From: Candidatus Scatovivens sp.
Lineage (GTDB): Bacteria > Bacillota > Clostridia > TANB77 > CAG-508
Direction of reading: 5' to 3'
Assembly (NCBI GenBank): GCA_045646345.1
Contig: JAZRKN010000001.1
Location: 233,531-297,530, forward strand
DNA: 64,000 bases
Shown: positions 62,106 through 64,000 of the stretch, piece by piece
Layout of the letters: each line of letters begins with the position of its first letter
How positions within the stretch are numbered: position 1 is the stretch's first letter
Position numbers and translations under genes: made by a program
Notes under the pieces: generated by a model
Databases searched by the model: none
Told to the model about the DNA's origin: nothing
What the model saw: only the letters and a program-made list of their open reading frames with translations

Positions 62106-62136
62106 TTTATACAGTGTACCCTAAAGGGAGAGTCAA
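62106..62136 (-). promoter_or_regulatory. MerR-type promoter with 19-bp spacer
   Basis: TTGACT, 19 bp containing the dyad CCCT-TT-AGGG, TATAAA. Confidence 0.7.
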
Positions 62137-62385
62137 TAGTTTTTTATTTATTTTTATAAATTTCAAATTTTGCGACAAATTACTATTTATCGATTAGTAT
62201 AATATCATAATAATACGGCAATTTCAATTTTCCTATTCAATTACATTTATTTCAAATTTTGTCTCCATTTTAAATCAAAACGCTTATATATTAATACTTT
62301 CAAAAGACAAGAATGGCTGGTACTTCAAAAAATTAATAAAAAAATCGATTAGTTGTTTTTAACTAATCGATACTTTATACATTTG

Positions 62386-62991
62386 TTATTTAATTATCTT
62401 TTTACACCAAGTACGTTTATTACATTTAGGACATTTTAAATGACGAGTAGTTCCTCTATGCATTGCCCACAACGCTTCTGAATATGTAGGCACAATTTCA
62501 TAACCACAATTTTTACATTTATAAGCACCAACGCTTACTTCAAGTTTTAATGCGTAAAAACAAGGTAACAAAAATACTATACAGATTCCAAGAATTGTGA
62601 TAACTTGTCCAACACCTTCAGGAATCATAAAAGCTGCAATAAAGATACCTATTATTAGAGCTATTATACTTACTCCCATAATTACCCACATAGAAGTCCA
62701 GATTGTTCTATTTTTTTGTTCTATTTGTTTCGCCATATCAAGTAAAATTTGTTCTTGTTTCTCATTTTTACTTTCCATACAAATCATCTCCCCACTTAAT
62801 AATTCATTTACACTTATTTTTAATTCTTTACACAAATCAAGCATTATTGATGAATCAGGCATTGTTTTTCCATTTTCCCATTTTGATATCGCTCTATCAG
62901 TTATATTTAATTTTTCTGCTAATTGCATCTGAGTTAAATTATTCTTTTTTCTGCATTCTGCTATAAATTTTCCAATTTTAATCTGATCCAT
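62386..62991 (-). CDS. XRE HTH regulator with two TM helices and a C-terminal zinc ribbon
   Basis: LTQMQLAEKLNITDRAISKWENG; CKNC...CPKC. Confidence 0.88.
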   Translation of the reverse strand: MDQIKIGKFIAECRKKNNLTQMQLAEKLNITDRAISKWENGKTMPDSSIMLDLCKELKISVNELLSGEMICMESKNEKQEQILLDMAKQIEQKNRTIWTSMWVIMGVSIIALIIGIFIAAFMIPEGVGQVITILGICIVFLLPCFYALKLEVSVGAYKCKNCGYEIVPTYSEALWAMHRGTTRHLKCPKCNKRTWCKKIIK

Positions 62992-63153
62992 TATATTTTC
63001 CTCCTTTAATTTAAGTATAAATTATTATCATAAAAAAATACACATACCATTGGTTGAATAGAGTGTTTTTTTATATCAACTAATGGTTGAATATTTATAA
63101 TTTGCCTTACAAATTGTAATTTATTGATATTATATTAAATTTTAAAATATAAA

Positions 63154-64000
63154 TTATTTATTTTCTTTTAATATATTTTTAACCGAAAAATATGTAATTA
63201 TAAAATATCCTCCATATATCATTATGATTATTATTGCGGTTACTATAATAGATAATGTCATACTAAAAAGTTCTGCTTTCATAATGAATAAATCTAATAT
63301 TTTAATACAAACCATTATACCAACAATTGAATGAATAATAGCTATTAGTAATGGAAACATAAAGAATATTCCTGTTTGTTTAAATAATGCTCTATTAATC
63401 ATTTTCTCATCTGCTCCAAGATTTCTAATCATATTGAATCTTTCTTTATTATCAGTACACTCTGATAGTTCTTTTAAAGCAAGAATAGCAGCACCTGAAA
63501 TTAAGAAAACTATACCTAAATATATTCCTATAAATGAAGCCATAGCTGATAAACCTATACATGATTCTTTAATATTGATTTTAGTCTCACCATCAACATC
63601 TACAAATGCTGGTAAAAGATCTCTACTAATATATAGATTTTCTTCGAATTTAGCTATTTTATCTTGGTTTTTAATTTTATAATTACCAACTAAACAATTA
63701 ATATATTGATTTTTTTCATCAACAATTTCATCTGCTACAACAAATATTCCATAATTTGTTTCCATACTACTTATTTCAACAAATCCGTCAATACATTTAT
63801 CATATTTTGGTTTTAATTTATTACCAAATATTTCAATAGTAGCATTATCATTAAGAACAATATTTCTTAAATCTACAGATTGATTATAATTAGAAACTAT
63901 TATATATTCGTCTTTATTTAAATATAATTCTTCATTACCAAAATAATGTTTAACTTTATTATATTCACTTACTTTCATAATATATTCTTTGGTATCATAT
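63154..64000 (-). CDS. FtsX/BceB-like ABC permease (C-terminal part, runs off window)
   Basis: FIGIYLGIVFLISGAAILALKELSE, FFMFPLLIAIIHS; frame open to window end. Confidence 0.82.
   Translation of the reverse strand, partial: YDTKEYIMKVSEYNKVKHYFGNEELYLNKDEYIIVSNYNQSVDLRNIVLNDNATIEIFGNKLKPKYDKCIDGFVEISSMETNYGIFVVADEIVDEKNQYINCLVGNYKIKNQDKIAKFEENLYISRDLLPAFVDVDGETKINIKESCIGLSAMASFIGIYLGIVFLISGAAILALKELSECTDNKERFNMIRNLGADEKMINRALFKQTGIFFMFPLLIAIIHSIVGIMVCIKILDLFIMKAELFSMTLSIIVTAIIIIMIYGGYFIITYFSVKNILKENK

Larger units (their letters stand above)
60613..63123. repeat. Four copies of a quasi-palindromic YAAATTGTAATTTR motif in intergenic spacers
   Basis: 60613-26, 61265-78, 63110-23 on plus; 62176-89 inverted with one mismatch. 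Confidence 0.6.

Overview
AT-rich chromosomal segment of a low-GC Firmicute (Clostridia-like, apparently streamlined and probably spore-forming), with genes mostly on the minus strand. It holds housekeeping genes (ffh, radA, ftsK, rsmD, divIVA, sepF, miaA, mutL, groES/EL, rlmB, lepA, tsaD, lysS, aspS, mltG, clpC, mgtE), five tRNAs, several orphan genes and an accessory region downstream of tRNA-Ile2. Highlights: (1) an unannotated His-His-His leader peptide with a four-segment ribosome-dependent attenuator in front of an amino-acid ABC operon whose ATPase is in frame with a PepD-type Xaa-His dipeptidase; (2) a quasi-palindromic 14-bp motif at each gene boundary of the co-oriented accessory genes beside the tRNA, suggesting a cassette-like array; (3) an unannotated Cys-rich 42-aa peptide with a SigK-like promoter; (4) repeated TxxI motifs in the MutL linker and ERR/DRR repeats on RlmB; (5) a T-box on aspS that appears to read Asn. 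No CRISPR array, integrase or transposase was seen. All calls are by eye, without database searches.
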